A stretch of 64,000 nucleotides of DNA from Candidatus Omnitrophota bacterium. Lineage in GTDB: Bacteria > Omnitrophota > Gorgyraeia > JAHIPI01. Position 1 is the first letter of the stretch. Every line of letters starts with the position of its first letter. A program made the translations under genes and the position numbers. The DNA is taken from assembly GCA_043800065.1 (NCBI GenBank), contig JAZDNG010000029.1, positions 2,837 to 66,836 on the forward strand. Direction: 5' to 3'. Under the pieces are notes generated by a model that saw only the letters and a list, made by a program, of their open reading frames with translations, was not told the origin of the DNA and did not search any database. Positions 63,695 to 64,000 of the stretch are shown here, one piece after another.

Positions 63695-64000
63695 AAGGGC
63701 CCTGGTAAGTAAATCGGGCAACCGCCTCCCCGCCATAGGCGGGGGAGAGGAAAGTCCGGGCTCCAAAGAGCAGCGTAGCGGGTAACACCCGTCGGCCGTA
63801 AGGTTAGGATATCCCGCCCTTTTGAGGTAAGTCGGTATGTGCTGATTTTCTCAAAAGGGCGGGACCCCGCAGAGTCGTAAGACGCATGCGGGGAGAGCAA
63901 CAGAGACGAGTCTCCGCCACTGAAAAGTCGGCGGAGGGTGAAACGGGCAATCTCTACGCGGAGCAAGACCAAATAGGTCCTGATTTAGTAGCTGCTCGCT
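63695..64000 (+). ncRNA. rnpB: RNase P RNA (bacterial type A), 5' about 300 nt; 3' end beyond the window
   Basis: GGAAAGTCCGGGCTCCAAAGAGCA (P4/CR-I). ACAGAGACGAG…GGAGCAAGACCAAATAGG (CR-II/III) matches E. coli M1 RNA blocks GGAAAGUCCGGGCUCCAUAGGGCA and GGAGCAAGGCCAAAUAGG. Confidence 0.8.

Overview
This is a 64-kb bacterial window of moderate GC content (likely an uncultured lineage) in two parts.

Positions 1-29,200 are an accessory glycan locus built around a pseudaminic-acid-type nonulosonic acid pathway:
- The core genes are pseB, pseC, a PseF-like cytidylyltransferase, a PseG-like hydrolase, a PseH-like acetyltransferase, and pseI.
- It is heavily elaborated: three paralogous B12-binding radical SAM enzymes, a PseG::ATP-grasp fusion, an LmbE/PIG-L deacetylase, a class-III aminotransferase, and an aldo/keto reductase.
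- A second acidic-sugar branch is present: SIS isomerase, HAD phosphatase, HpcH/HpaI pyruvate aldolase, KdsB-like cytidylyltransferase, 2-hydroxyacid dehydrogenase, and Gfo/Idh/MocA oxidoreductase.
- Two large HP-motif proteins are candidate ulosonic-acid transferases.
- The locus also holds an MsbA-like ABC exporter and a Zn-ribbon/methyltransferase/kinase fusion.
- A divergent minus-strand block encodes a GT-C membrane glycosyltransferase, a TPR protein and an FkbM methyltransferase, next to a MarR_EPS-type regulator with a canonical sigma70 promoter.

Positions 29,200-64,000 are housekeeping: rpsO-pnp-dut-ftsK-rodZ-like-rimO, uvrA, a large TPR lipoprotein with exbB/exbD/tonB-like genes, cutA, a MEMO::AMMECR1 fusion, rsmE, mtaB, cvpA, a Nif3-like gene, dnaG-rpoD, secDF, a CDF transporter, an APC permease::PTS-EIIA fusion, a Fic gene, a COG1579 Zn-ribbon protein, rnhA, tRNA-Ala/Met/Val, and the 5' part of RNase P RNA.

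Non-coding oddities:
- A ~330-bp nested inverted-repeat element lies upstream of uvrA.
- A ~90-nt conserved leader is duplicated upstream of two unrelated genes.
- A GGACGTTTAAACGTCC palindromic hairpin family recurs at three sites.
- A pseudo-tRNA-Met 5' copy is interrupted by a 63-nt insert resembling an rnpB helix.
- Three 12-mer tandem repeats sit upstream of tRNA-Val.
- A response-regulator gene carries an in-frame TAA.

All calls rest on motif and domain recognition by eye; no searches were run.
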